64,000 nt of DNA from a virus, in the IMG/VR virus record IMGVR_UViG_3300031578_000017; one strand, written 5' to 3'. A program made the position numbers and the translations under genes. Each line of letters begins with the position of its first letter. The stretch's first letter is position 1. The notes beneath the pieces are model-generated. The model was not told the DNA's origin and made no database searches. It saw only the letters and a list, made by a program, of their open reading frames with translations. Shown here piece after piece: positions 15,205-24,455 of the stretch.

Positions 15205-15732
15205 CTATTTAGTTACCTCCTTAGCAATTTCTTTTTGTGCTTCGATCTTAGCTTCTTTCTGCTTGGCCCGTTCTTCCTTATAGGCTTGCAAGAGTTCGTG
15301 TGCAAAAGCCTTACATTTTTCAACTTTCTCTGAAAACTTTTCCATATACACCTTACCTTCAGACGTGTTCGTTACGAAACGCACATAAGGTCGACCACTC
15401 CATTCAGATTGGGTAAGTGGATTGGTCTCTGCGTTTTCCTTATAACCTGCCTTAAACAAGATACCGCTAGATCGTACCATCAATCCAGCACGCACTTCAT
15501 CAAACTTACCGTCGCGTGTACATTCGGCAACGATTGCAACTGCCAGAGCACGTTTCAGACCTTTTGATTCGATCAGTGGGTTCGGAACATCTTTGAGACT
15601 GATTGGCGGTGGCGGAGGAGGAGTGAGAAGAATACGCTCACCACTTTTCTCTGCCTTACGCACTTTCTTGCGTTCCTTAATGATTTCCTTACCAACTTCT
15701 TCCTTTGTTACATTCCTCACTTCGCTTGACAT
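15205..15732 (-). CDS. early hypothetical protein, Lys-rich N-terminus with poly-Pro linker
   Basis: AGGAG RBS before ATG 15732; KRALAVA motif. Confidence 0.75.
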   Translation of the reverse strand: MSSEVRNVTKEEVGKEIIKERKKVRKAEKSGERILLTPPPPPPISLKDVPNPLIESKGLKRALAVAIVAECTRDGKFDEVRAGLMVRSSGILFKAGYKENAETNPLTQSEWSGRPYVRFVTNTSEGKVYMEKFSEKVEKCKAFAHELLQAYKEERAKQKEAKIEAQKEIAKEVTK

Positions 15733-15801
15733 GGTAAATCTCCTAACCATAATTTTCTGTAAGAAGGGTTAATCTGCATCTACAAATTACACCCAACCCA
15801 C

Positions 15802-15840
15802 AAAGGTAATAAACACTTCAAAGATAGTAACCGCAAATCC
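15802..15840 (-). promoter_or_regulatory. phage early promoter, ACCT family (leftward arm of divergent region)
   Basis: GGAT-TTGCGG-N17-TTTATT-ACCTT. Confidence 0.6.
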
Positions 15841-15992
15841 TTTTTATCTAACGAATATAAATTGTTTGAACTTATCTAAATATAGTATCGTAGAAACATA
15901 AAGACAATATTAGTAGTTGTTCTTTTAATACTTGTGGGGTTATATAAAGGTAGGCATGTAAGGGGTTTAACGATACAAGGAGACAAGACATC

Positions 15993-16181
15993 ATGGGATT
16001 GATTTTTACTACCCTTATATTACTTTTGGCTTTACCACTCATAATCTGTGCATTTTGTACAATAATCTGTTTAGTGATAGGACTTTCTAGAAATACACAG
16101 CACGTCGTAGATACAACAGGCAGAAATGAAGCTGGTAAAGCATGGACAATTAATCAATTTTTTGGAATAAAATTATGGTAA
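15993..16181 (+). CDS. small membrane protein
   Basis: long hydrophobic N-terminus; AAGGAG RBS. Confidence 0.65.
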   Translation: MGLIFTTLILLLALPLIICAFCTIICLVIGLSRNTQHVVDTTGRNEAGKAWTINQFFGIKLW

Positions 16182-16492
16182 CTGAACTGACTAAATATTG
16201 GAAAATGCGAAATAAAATTCCATATGGATTTATTGAAAATTCTGATCCAAAAATAACAGTCTATGTAATAGCTATATTTAGATTCAATAAAAAGCAAGCA
16301 CTACTTTCAAATAAAAACTTAGACATAATTGGTCACATGGAAACTCGTTATGCACAAAAACTCATAGATGAAGCGAAAGAAAACGGTTGGATCACTGTAG
16401 AAATGGAAGACACTAAATATGGACCACGCGATTGCGACTACCCAGAAATAGCTGATTATGTATGTTGGGTAGAAATCAAAAAACCCAATTAA
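16175..16492 (+). CDS. hypothetical protein
   Basis: 105 aa, overlaps the upstream stop. Confidence 0.6.
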   Translation: MVTELTKYWKMRNKIPYGFIENSDPKITVYVIAIFRFNKKQALLSNKNLDIIGHMETRYAQKLIDEAKENGWITVEMEDTKYGPRDCDYPEIADYVCWVEIKKPN

Positions 16493-16493
16493 T

Positions 16494-16530
16494 GATTTGT
16501 GTAAACCGGTCTAAGACTGTATATAACCTA
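16494..16530 (+). promoter_or_regulatory. phage early promoter, ACCT family
   Basis: GAT-TTGTGT-N17-TATATA-ACCTA. Confidence 0.65.
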
Positions 16531-16551
16531 TAGGTAAACAAGGGGGTTTGT

Positions 16552-18561
16552 ATGAACAATTTGGTCAAAACATCAACATTTCCAAACATGGGTTACAAAT
16601 TTTCTGAATTTAATCCATTCCAAAGCCAATTTTATCCGCATAAGGATGATGATAAAAATGTCGTCATAGCGGCACAAACAGGAAGTGGCAAATCTGTTAT
16701 AGCAGAACTCTGTATAAATAGTTCTATAACTAATGGTGCAAGAGCTATTTTTCTTGCTCCAATGCGAGCATTGGTTCAAGAAAAATACGACGATTGGACA
16801 AAAGAAGGCCATACCTTTAAACAATATGGCGTAAGCATTCTTTCAGGCGATTACAAACTTACGGACGCCAAAAAGAAAGAGTTGCTTGAAAACAAAATCA
16901 TTGTCATGACATCTGAAATGTTAGACAGTCGTTCACGGCGTATGAAGACAGAAGGTAATGTATGGTTGCTCGAAACGACTACACTTATTATTGACGAAGC
17001 ACACATTATTGGAATGCTTAACCAAGGTGAAGATTCATTAAAAGCGAGAGGTCACAAACTTGAAGCCGCAATCATGCGGTTTACTAATCTTAACCCTAAT
17101 TGCAGAATTGTTTTGTTGTCTGCTACATTGCCAAATCTACCTCAACTTGGTGAATGGTTAACTAAACTCAACAACAAAGAAACGATAACTATTGTGTCAG
17201 ATTGGCGTCCTCAACCTCTTGAATGGCATGTAGAAACGTACCAAGAATCTTCTGGTTACGGTTCGTACCATATAAACAAATCAAAAATGTTCCAAAAGGC
17301 AGAAGATGTGATTAAACAATATCCTAAAGATATGTGGTTAATTTTCTGCCATTCTAAAAACGATGGTAGAAGATTTGTAAATCAAATTTCCGATAGTAAA
17401 GTAATTAATCCAGATGGTGAAACAATACCTTTCCATTGTGCTGATTTGGAAAAAGGTGAACGTGTTAGTTTAGAAAATGGTTTTAGAACTAAATCTGCGA
17501 AGATTATGGTTGCTACCTCTACACTTGCCTATGGTGTTAATCTTCCAGCGAGACGTGTCATGATTCTAGACGATAAACGTGGCCTTTCCCCTGTACACCC
17601 TTACGACATCAAACAAATGGGTGGTCGTGCTGGTCGTCCTGGAATTGACCCACGCGGTGATGTCCATTGGATTGTTGGAGATAGGTCTGCAAGTGAAGCA
17701 GATTTCCTCATTAACAATATGCCTGAAGCAAAATCTCAAATGTTTGATTTGGATACCTTTGCCTTCCATGTTGTTGCAGAAATTGCTGAAGGTGATATCA
17801 CTAATGCACAAGGTGTATGGGATTTCTACAACCGTTGCCTAGCTCGTCATCAAGGTGCAGAAGTAAGTAAAGAATGGGTTACGCAACTAGTTGAAAAACT
17901 TATTGAAGTTAATGCAATTAAAGTTTTAGAAGATGGGCTTACACTGAAAGCTACTGGTTTAGGTCGCGTTGCTTCTTGGCTTTACTTTAGTCCTTTTGAT
18001 ATTTGGCATTGGTACAACAATCTTAGGATTTTAGTAGAATCAAAACGTACAGATGATGCTGCTATTGCTTGGATGTGGAGTTGTGTGCGTTCAAATGGTA
18101 TGAATTATATACCTAAGGATTGCCAAGACGAAGTACGTAATTTCCAAAACGAACTTTCTAATCTTGGACCTTGCCGTAGTGCTGAAACAATGGCACTAGG
18201 AATTTGGTTGCAGTTGAAAGGTACAGAAAACAAAGATTTCCCAAGTGGTTGTATCGCTATGGCTCGTAACTATATTTATGATACAGAGCGTGTAGCACAA
18301 GCTCTTATATTGATTGATAAAATGTATGCCAAACTTGATGCTGATAATTTCATCAAACAATGTGCTATTCGTGTTTCTTACGGTGTAGGTTGGGATGCAG
18401 CAAAACTCTGTATGCTTCCCGGCATTGGTAAGAAACGTTCCGAAAACTTGATTTCTAATGGTATTAAGTCTCGCGAAGATTTGATGCAAAAAGAAAAAGT
18501 TGGCAGAGCTGTGCTCGGTGATAAAATTTACGAAAAAGCATTGGAGATAGAAAATGGGTAA
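16552..18561 (+). CDS. Ski2/Hel308-like SF2 helicase
   Basis: AQTGSGKS, IIDEAH, LSAT, STLAYGVNLPAR, QMGGRAGRPG; winged helix/ratchet region; C-terminal HhH LPGIGKKRS. Confidence 0.9.
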   Translation: MNNLVKTSTFPNMGYKFSEFNPFQSQFYPHKDDDKNVVIAAQTGSGKSVIAELCINSSITNGARAIFLAPMRALVQEKYDDWTKEGHTFKQYGVSILSGDYKLTDAKKKELLENKIIVMTSEMLDSRSRRMKTEGNVWLLETTTLIIDEAHIIGMLNQGEDSLKARGHKLEAAIMRFTNLNPNCRIVLLSATLPNLPQLGEWLTKLNNKETITIVSDWRPQPLEWHVETYQESSGYGSYHINKSKMFQKAEDVIKQYPKDMWLIFCHSKNDGRRFVNQISDSKVINPDGETIPFHCADLEKGERVSLENGFRTKSAKIMVATSTLAYGVNLPARRVMILDDKRGLSPVHPYDIKQMGGRAGRPGIDPRGDVHWIVGDRSASEADFLINNMPEAKSQMFDLDTFAFHVVAEIAEGDITNAQGVWDFYNRCLARHQGAEVSKEWVTQLVEKLIEVNAIKVLEDGLTLKATGLGRVASWLYFSPFDIWHWYNNLRILVESKRTDDAAIAWMWSCVRSNGMNYIPKDCQDEVRNFQNELSNLGPCRSAETMALGIWLQLKGTENKDFPSGCIAMARNYIYDTERVAQALILIDKMYAKLDADNFIKQCAIRVSYGVGWDAAKLCMLPGIGKKRSENLISNGIKSREDLMQKEKVGRAVLGDKIYEKALEIENG

Positions 18562-18754
18562 ATGTAAAGATTGTAAATATTGGAATGTAGATTTAACAGA
18601 AGAAAATAGTTGTGATAAGGTAAATCATTATAGAAATAACTTCTTCACAATTAAAGCGACTGCTGATGATGATTCAGGATTAACTGCTAATCTTATCACT
18701 TCACCAGAATTTGGTTGTAATCAATTTGAAGCTAAGGAGATAAAAAATGGATAA
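18554..18754 (+). CDS. small Cys-rich phage protein
   Basis: CKDCKYW...C...PEFGCNQFE. Confidence 0.65.
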   Translation: MGKCKDCKYWNVDLTEENSCDKVNHYRNNFFTIKATADDDSGLTANLITSPEFGCNQFEAKEIKNG

Positions 18755-19838
18755 CAAACAGTTTCTCACTGAGTACGCAAAACAACGGAGCAGCCATTAC
18801 TTCGTTCAATTTTGGGGGAACGACACAGCACATTCTGGATTAACCATCAAGAAAGATGACGGTTCAGAAATTGTTGTGTTACCTAAAGACATTTACTGCA
18901 CTGATCTTGGTGCAATGTGTGGTCAATGTAGATGCGGACATGCAATTCGTTACGAATACTGGCTTAACGAATATGGACCAATTGGTTCTAGTTGTATTAA
19001 AACACTCACTGGTCTTGATGGTGCTGATTTGCGCAATCTTCTTCGTGGTGGACAGTTTGTTAAAAAAGATTTAGAAGATTTTACTAAGCTTCAAGAAGAA
19101 TTTGCTACTCTTAATGAACAGCTACTTAAAGATAATGTACTAAGAACAAGATTAGATTTTCTCAAAGAACAAAACCAAATTCCTCCAGAAGTACAACTCT
19201 TCATCGATAACAATAAACCTATTCCTAAAAACATCGCTCTTCTAATTTACCGTCTTGTAAACAAATACGACAAGAAGTCTAAGATTGCTGCAACCTATGG
19301 TGCTCTTGTAGCAAGAGCATTTACTGTTTATCCTGAACTTTGTGCTGAAGTAAAAGATATAATTTCTGTTAGTGATGTTTCTGACATAGATGTCGAATCT
19401 AAAATCTATAATACAGTTCGCGACATTGGTAGTAAGATCGAGAGTTTACGTGCTTCCCCTAAAGCAGTAGATTTCTTCATCAAACTTGTAACAAGAATGG
19501 AAAACCCACAGTTTATTGATGCACTGAATGTACTTGTTATCCTCAATAAGAATAAACAAAACTTTGAAGATTTCTGGCGTGATATAATTACTAATCAATT
19601 AAAGACAGCTCTTGTGTATGGGCTTACAGAAAAACAAATTGCTATGGTCATAGACAAGACTTCTTCTGGAGGACCAGGACTTTCTACAAGATTTAACGAT
19701 TATATTATCGGACAGATGTCTGGTGAAGACTATAAAAAACCCACTCCAGTTATCATTTCTACAATTTCTAAATCCATACCAGAAGAAGATAGTGACAATA
19801 TACTTGATTTAGATCCAGATATGCCTCCAGATTTGTAA
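18747..19838 (+). CDS. hypothetical protein with N-terminal Zn-binding motif
   Basis: CxCGHAIRYEY...IGSSCI; 363 aa. Confidence 0.7.
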   Translation: MDNKQFLTEYAKQRSSHYFVQFWGNDTAHSGLTIKKDDGSEIVVLPKDIYCTDLGAMCGQCRCGHAIRYEYWLNEYGPIGSSCIKTLTGLDGADLRNLLRGGQFVKKDLEDFTKLQEEFATLNEQLLKDNVLRTRLDFLKEQNQIPPEVQLFIDNNKPIPKNIALLIYRLVNKYDKKSKIAATYGALVARAFTVYPELCAEVKDIISVSDVSDIDVESKIYNTVRDIGSKIESLRASPKAVDFFIKLVTRMENPQFIDALNVLVILNKNKQNFEDFWRDIITNQLKTALVYGLTEKQIAMVIDKTSSGGPGLSTRFNDYIIGQMSGEDYKKPTPVIISTISKSIPEEDSDNILDLDPDMPPDL

Positions 19839-19947
19839 AATATTTGAATTTTTAGTATGTAAGCCATTAGCTTTAGAACTGCTACTGTGGTATGGTGTAT
19901 ATAAGCATACAGCGTATGTATGCGAAACAAAGCGAAAGGAGAATCAC

Positions 19948-20385
19948 ATGTCTTGGGAAGAAATACCGGCAGGACCAAGTGGTGGATTTGCAACAAGGAT
20001 GGCAGATGACGAAGTTGCAATTGTAATGTCTAAGGTGCGCGAAACACCTGTCTACAGGATTAATATGGCTCGTTCCTTATTTCCTGAAGGTGTGGTTGCT
20101 ATCATCATCAAAATTGACAAAGAAAAGAAACGCATTGGTTTCTTCCCTGCTAATGGTAAGAGCGATAGAAAGTTGAGCAGCTATGGCAAAAATTCACGTC
20201 TTGTTTATGTGTGTCTGCCAAAGAGTATTGCAGAGCTTGGATTTATTAAAGGCAGATATAAGTTCAAAAAGTTGGAAAAGGTGCCTGAATTGTATTTCAT
20301 GGTTCGCCCAGATGATAAAGTTGGTGATTTCCCAACAGAAGAAGAATTGATTAAAAAACAGAAAGCTGCGCTTGAGGCAAAATAG
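19948..20385 (+). CDS. hypothetical protein
   Basis: 145 aa, AAGGAG RBS. Confidence 0.7.
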   Translation: MSWEEIPAGPSGGFATRMADDEVAIVMSKVRETPVYRINMARSLFPEGVVAIIIKIDKEKKRIGFFPANGKSDRKLSSYGKNSRLVYVCLPKSIAELGFIKGRYKFKKLEKVPELYFMVRPDDKVGDFPTEEELIKKQKAALEAK

Positions 20386-20408
20386 GAATTAATATCTGAG
20401 CGTTTGGC

Positions 20409-20897
20409 ATGGTTATTCTCGTAGGTAAGGGGATAATCATGCCAAACAAAGAACCTAAAAAACGAGTTTTATTTCCTTGGCTTAAAAAACACCAAGGTAG
20501 AGCTTTCAAATGTTCCTTAGCTTTAGTAGCTGAAAAGGAAGGTTTTGAAAAAGTCATTAAAGGTGATATCGCTTTTAATGCACAATTAAAGATGATCGTA
20601 GATAAAACTAACACAATTTTCCCTTCAATGTACAGAATGGTTCGCAAATTTTACAATAAACGTGGACGTGAATTAAGTAAAAAAGAATTCATTATGGTTG
20701 CTGTAGCTAGGTTGACTTTTATGTTCAAATATGATAAAGAAACTAAATCTGTTATTCGTCTTTCTGAACATCCCAACAACGCAGAAAAGTTGAAACCAAT
20801 AGTTGGATTTTGCGAAAGGTTAATCAAAAGTGAAAAAACTTACAAAACGTACAGGACAGAAACAGAACCACCTGCGAGTCAAGTTACAAAAGGGTGA
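20409..20897 (+). CDS. basic hypothetical protein
   Basis: likely start MPNK after GGGG RBS. Confidence 0.6.
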   Translation: MVILVGKGIIMPNKEPKKRVLFPWLKKHQGRAFKCSLALVAEKEGFEKVIKGDIAFNAQLKMIVDKTNTIFPSMYRMVRKFYNKRGRELSKKEFIMVAVARLTFMFKYDKETKSVIRLSEHPNNAEKLKPIVGFCERLIKSEKTYKTYRTETEPPASQVTKG

Positions 20898-21234
20898 TGT
20901 TATACTTCTAGATTTTGATGGAACAATAACCGAATACGATTGTTATCCTGACATGGGTCCTCCTAAAAAAGGAATACGTGATTTCTTAATTAAATGCAAA
21001 GAAAAAGGAATTACAGTTTTCATTTGGGCAGCAAGATGTAACAATCACATTGGAATTAAAGAAAAGTATCCTATTTATGGAACAAAAGCTATGCACGAAT
21101 TAGAAGAATATATGCGCTGTTACGATCTTCCTTATACAGATATAGCTATTTTCAATAAACCCATTGGTGGACATTTCGCAAAATATTTGATAGATGATAG
21201 ATCTAGACCAGATCATTCATACTTTACATTCTAA
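20830..21234 (+). CDS. HAD-superfamily phosphatase (PNK-phosphatase/5'-nucleotidase-like)
   Basis: LDFDGTI motif I, FIWAAR motif II, KP...YLIDDR motifs III/IV; start uncertain. Confidence 0.75.
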   Translation: MKKLTKRTGQKQNHLRVKLQKGDVILLDFDGTITEYDCYPDMGPPKKGIRDFLIKCKEKGITVFIWAARCNNHIGIKEKYPIYGTKAMHELEEYMRCYDLPYTDIAIFNKPIGGHFAKYLIDDRSRPDHSYFTF

Positions 21235-21541
21235 GGAGATGACTATAATGTTTATTCCATTTACTCCACATAGCGTTTGTTTAAAATCTGAATTATTTAC
21301 AGAATTGACCAAACAAGATATTTTGGGGAAAAATATAACATGTACACATTTTCCCGTCATTGCTATGGATATAAAGACTAATAAAGAAAATGTGATTGAT
21401 AAAGAAAAATTTGATGAGGATGACGAGGACGATGTTCCATATAAAGAAATAGAAGTTGCAGAAATAATGCTACTTATAGGAATTCAAAATTATGGATATT
21501 ATTGGGTAGACCAAAATGAAACTATATTTTTTGTTCCTTAG
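21194..21541 (+). CDS. hypothetical protein
   Basis: likely start MTIMFI after AAGGAG. Confidence 0.6.
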   Translation: MIDLDQIIHTLHSKEMTIMFIPFTPHSVCLKSELFTELTKQDILGKNITCTHFPVIAMDIKTNKENVIDKEKFDEDDEDDVPYKEIEVAEIMLLIGIQNYGYYWVDQNETIFFVP

Positions 21542-21619
21542 CCATTTACTTACCCTACCAACATACCACCTGCTGCATTTAGAGGGTCGTAGACGCAATA
21601 GTGCAAAGGCAAAAAGGCT

Positions 21620-22621
21620 CTAAAAACCTACAAGTAACCGCTTTGTGGGTTTGGACTTAAATATCTTCCATAATTGCTCACTGTTGCAGACAGCAGGGTC
21701 TTTTCCTGGATATATAAATTGTGACATCTTATACGTTTGCATGTATTCTGTTAAAAGATTGTAAGCAGAATCTTGTCCATCTAATCCAGCTTTATCGTGA
21801 TCAAATAAGATATAACATGCACCAAACATCTTGCTTAATATTGATGCTCTTTCTTCAGTAACGTCTGTACCCATATTACTCACAAAAGCGTAATCTGTAA
21901 TATTATTCCTAATTGCAAAACTTTTCAATTGAAATACATTAAATGGACCTTCAACTAAGAAGCATTTCTTTTCACCATCTGTCTCATACAAACCATACAA
22001 ATGATTTGTTGCATCACTTCCCTTTTCAAATATATTTTTCTTTCTCCAAGATTGTGTTGCCCTATTTGTGAAGTATACAAACTTTCCATCTTTAGAACGT
22101 AATGGTAATATAATCCTATTCATGTATCTTCCAGAATCACAATAGTAAAGAGCATATTTGCTAACGATATATTTTACCATCATAATCCCATGTTGTTGTA
22201 ATCTATTTCTAGTATTTAAGTATTCAAACATTTGGTCTTCATTGACTGCTTTTGGTGGCATTTCCAGATTAAAAATATTTTCAATTTTATCTGGGCTTTT
22301 AAACTTTTTCATCATATCTTTTAAATATACTAATGAAATATCTGTCAGTAATGTTCGTTTCTTAAAAAGTTTTTCTGCCTTTTTGTATGTACAAGAATTT
22401 AGATGTGAAATTAACTTTATTACGTCACCTTTTTCTTTACAAGAAAAACATCTAAACCCAAATCCATTATCTTTATTAAATGAGATACTGAAAGCATCTG
22501 TGTTGTGTTTGGGCCAATGGAATGGACATTGACATCTAATATTTTCACCCACTATATGGATATTTTTACATCCAGCATTTGATAAAAGGTCTTGCATAAA
22601 TTCTCTAGGTTCTTGTTTCAT
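21620..22621 (-). CDS. dnaG: DNA primase (CHC2 Zn finger plus TOPRIM)
   Basis: CPFH...CFSC; LVEGPFN; FDHDKAG. Confidence 0.9.
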   Translation of the reverse strand: MKQEPREFMQDLLSNAGCKNIHIVGENIRCQCPFHWPKHNTDAFSISFNKDNGFGFRCFSCKEKGDVIKLISHLNSCTYKKAEKLFKKRTLLTDISLVYLKDMMKKFKSPDKIENIFNLEMPPKAVNEDQMFEYLNTRNRLQQHGIMMVKYIVSKYALYYCDSGRYMNRIILPLRSKDGKFVYFTNRATQSWRKKNIFEKGSDATNHLYGLYETDGEKKCFLVEGPFNVFQLKSFAIRNNITDYAFVSNMGTDVTEERASILSKMFGACYILFDHDKAGLDGQDSAYNLLTEYMQTYKMSQFIYPGKDPAVCNSEQLWKIFKSKPTKRLLVGF

Positions 22622-22763
22622 TTTTCAATACTTTAACTCCTACTGCTTTTTTATTTTCATCTTCCAATACTTTGTATGTTGTCTTGCAGACTTTACAAAT
22701 ATAAACATGTTCTCCTAATTTTTCTAAATCAAAACTTCTACAATATACGTGATTATTCGTCAA
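22605..22763 (-). CDS. small Zn-finger protein
   Basis: TTG start after AGGA; HxxC...CKVC; overlaps the primase start. Confidence 0.5.
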   Translation of the reverse strand: MTNNHVYCRSFDLEKLGEHVYICKVCKTTYKVLEDENKKAVGVKVLKNETRT

Positions 22764-23094
22764 ATTTTCCTGTATTGAATTGATGATTTTTAATCTTTTG
22801 GATAGTTTCTTTATCTTTGTACACGACTTTTTCTCGCTGTTCATCTTGTTCTTTCCTTTGTCTCTTAATCCTATTTGCTTCTGCATTTCTCCAGTAACTA
22901 GAAGGTTTTGCGCTGAACTCATCACCAGTTTCACCTACAATTACTCCTGGCATACCAAAAAGCATTTGCATCTTAGATTTACATTTGGGACATTGAATGT
23001 GGTCTTTATTTATTGATAGATCATCCGAGTCTTTGAACAGTAATTCTTGTTCAAAGCTGCACGATGTGCACTTAAAGTCTGAAGTTCGTGGCAT
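22753..23094 (-). CDS. FmdB-family zinc-ribbon protein
   Basis: MPRTSDFKCTSCSFEQE...CPKCKS.M. Confidence 0.8.
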   Translation of the reverse strand: MPRTSDFKCTSCSFEQELLFKDSDDLSINKDHIQCPKCKSKMQMLFGMPGVIVGETGDEFSAKPSSYWRNAEANRIKRQRKEQDEQREKVVYKDKETIQKIKNHQFNTGKFDE

Positions 23095-23264
23095 AATTTT
23101 TGGACCTCCTAGTCTTAAAAATGGTTGCGGTCCTGTGTAGTAGTCAACAGAGGTCAAGATTCCCAACAGACAGACTGGTACTACCTAGGATTTCCCAGTC
23201 GCTGCCCTGACGTGTCACACATGGCCGGATTCTCGGGCACTCTGGCACCGCAACCTATGGCTCT

Positions 23265-23891
23265 TTATTTCTTGTTCCCAACAGTTTCTTCTTCATCGTT
23301 TGTAACTTCAACATCTTCAGCAACCTTGCTATTATTCATTGGGATAAGCAAGTTTTCACCTTCATCTTCAGCATTGTCCAGAGGGATAAAATCATTTGCA
23401 TCCCTCTTTAACAATCCTGCCGTGCTATTTTCAAAAGAGAAAATCTCAACACGACACATTCCTTGTATATGTCGAACCACATCTAAATAATTTCCATTTC
23501 CAGAAACTAAAGCAATGCAATCCAATTTAGGTGCCCATTTGATCATATCAATTACAATACCAATTTCCCAACTAATTGTATTAACTTGTGTCTCAATACC
23601 AGTCGTAGGATTTTTACGTGATTTAAATTCCATAAATTTCTTTTTAACATCAAACCCATTTTCATAAAGCATATTCGTAAAATCAGAAACATTAACTTCT
23701 GTCTTAGATAGAACATAAGCATTAGCCACAATAATCGATCTTCCATTTGCAATGAATGGAAGAAGACGATTGTAGTTTAGCTTACTTTCATAAAGCGATT
23801 TGGCAGAATAATACATATTCTGCACATCAACAAAAACACCAACCCTAGTCCCACCGTTAAAATCTTTGATGTCCAAACTTTTTTCACCCAT
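23265..23891 (-). CDS. NYN/LabA (DUF88, PIN-like) domain protein
   Basis: VFVDVQN, GIVIDM, LVSGNGNY, GxxVEI, L...AN.FI.L. Confidence 0.85.
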   Translation of the reverse strand: MGEKSLDIKDFNGGTRVGVFVDVQNMYYSAKSLYESKLNYNRLLPFIANGRSIIVANAYVLSKTEVNVSDFTNMLYENGFDVKKKFMEFKSRKNPTTGIETQVNTISWEIGIVIDMIKWAPKLDCIALVSGNGNYLDVVRHIQGMCRVEIFSFENSTAGLLKRDANDFIPLDNAEDEGENLLIPMNNSKVAEDVEVTNDEEETVGNKK

Positions 23892-23935
23892 GACTATCTC
23901 CTTGCTAGATGTGCCATGTAACCCTTACATAGCCA

Positions 23936-23972
23936 TAGGTATATAACTATTCCTATAAATCTAAAACAAATC
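23936..23972 (-). promoter_or_regulatory. phage early promoter, ACCT family
   Basis: GAT-TTGTTT-N17-TTATAT-ACCTA. Confidence 0.6.
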
Positions 23973-23974
23973 TA

Positions 23975-24337
23975 TTACTTTTCAATGACACTATTATAAA
24001 TTTCTTGAGATACCTTACCCTCTTTTAAATAGTCTGTAAGTTTTTCTTTTGTATTATTGTATGCTTTCGCACCTTTTGCTATCTTCGCAAAATCTTTTTC
24101 AAAAACTAAAATATATTCTGGTCCAATTTCTATTTTGCCTGCTTTGGATTCTTGATTAGGTCCATTATCTAATGCTACGGTTATTTTCTGTCTCTTTGCT
24201 GGACGCAAAGATCCTTTTGTATCTTCTGGAACTTTATCTAAACGAACTTGAACATATTCGACCTTATTACCCAAGCAACTTGTCAATAGCATCATTGTCA
24301 AGCAAACTATCATCAGTTTCTTCGTAAATGTTACCAT
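23975..24337 (-). CDS. lipoprotein (o-spanin/Rz1-like candidate)
   Basis: basic N-terminus, hydrophobic core, lipobox LTSC. Confidence 0.6.
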   Translation of the reverse strand: MVTFTKKLMIVCLTMMLLTSCLGNKVEYVQVRLDKVPEDTKGSLRPAKRQKITVALDNGPNQESKAGKIEIGPEYILVFEKDFAKIAKGAKAYNNTKEKLTDYLKEGKVSQEIYNSVIEK

Positions 24338-24382
24338 CTTTCACCTCCACTGTTTCGCTAGAAGAAAACAATTTCGTAAGAA

Positions 24383-24414
24383 ATTCGGGGAGCTGTTTAA
24401 TCAGCTCCCCGAAT
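24383..24414 (-). terminator. intrinsic terminator
   Basis: 13-bp stem ATTCGGGGAGCTG/CAGCTCCCCGAAT plus TTCTT. Confidence 0.75.
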
Positions 24415-24455
24415 ATCATTGTTAACAACTGAAGAAGAAACTGCATGACTTACCT

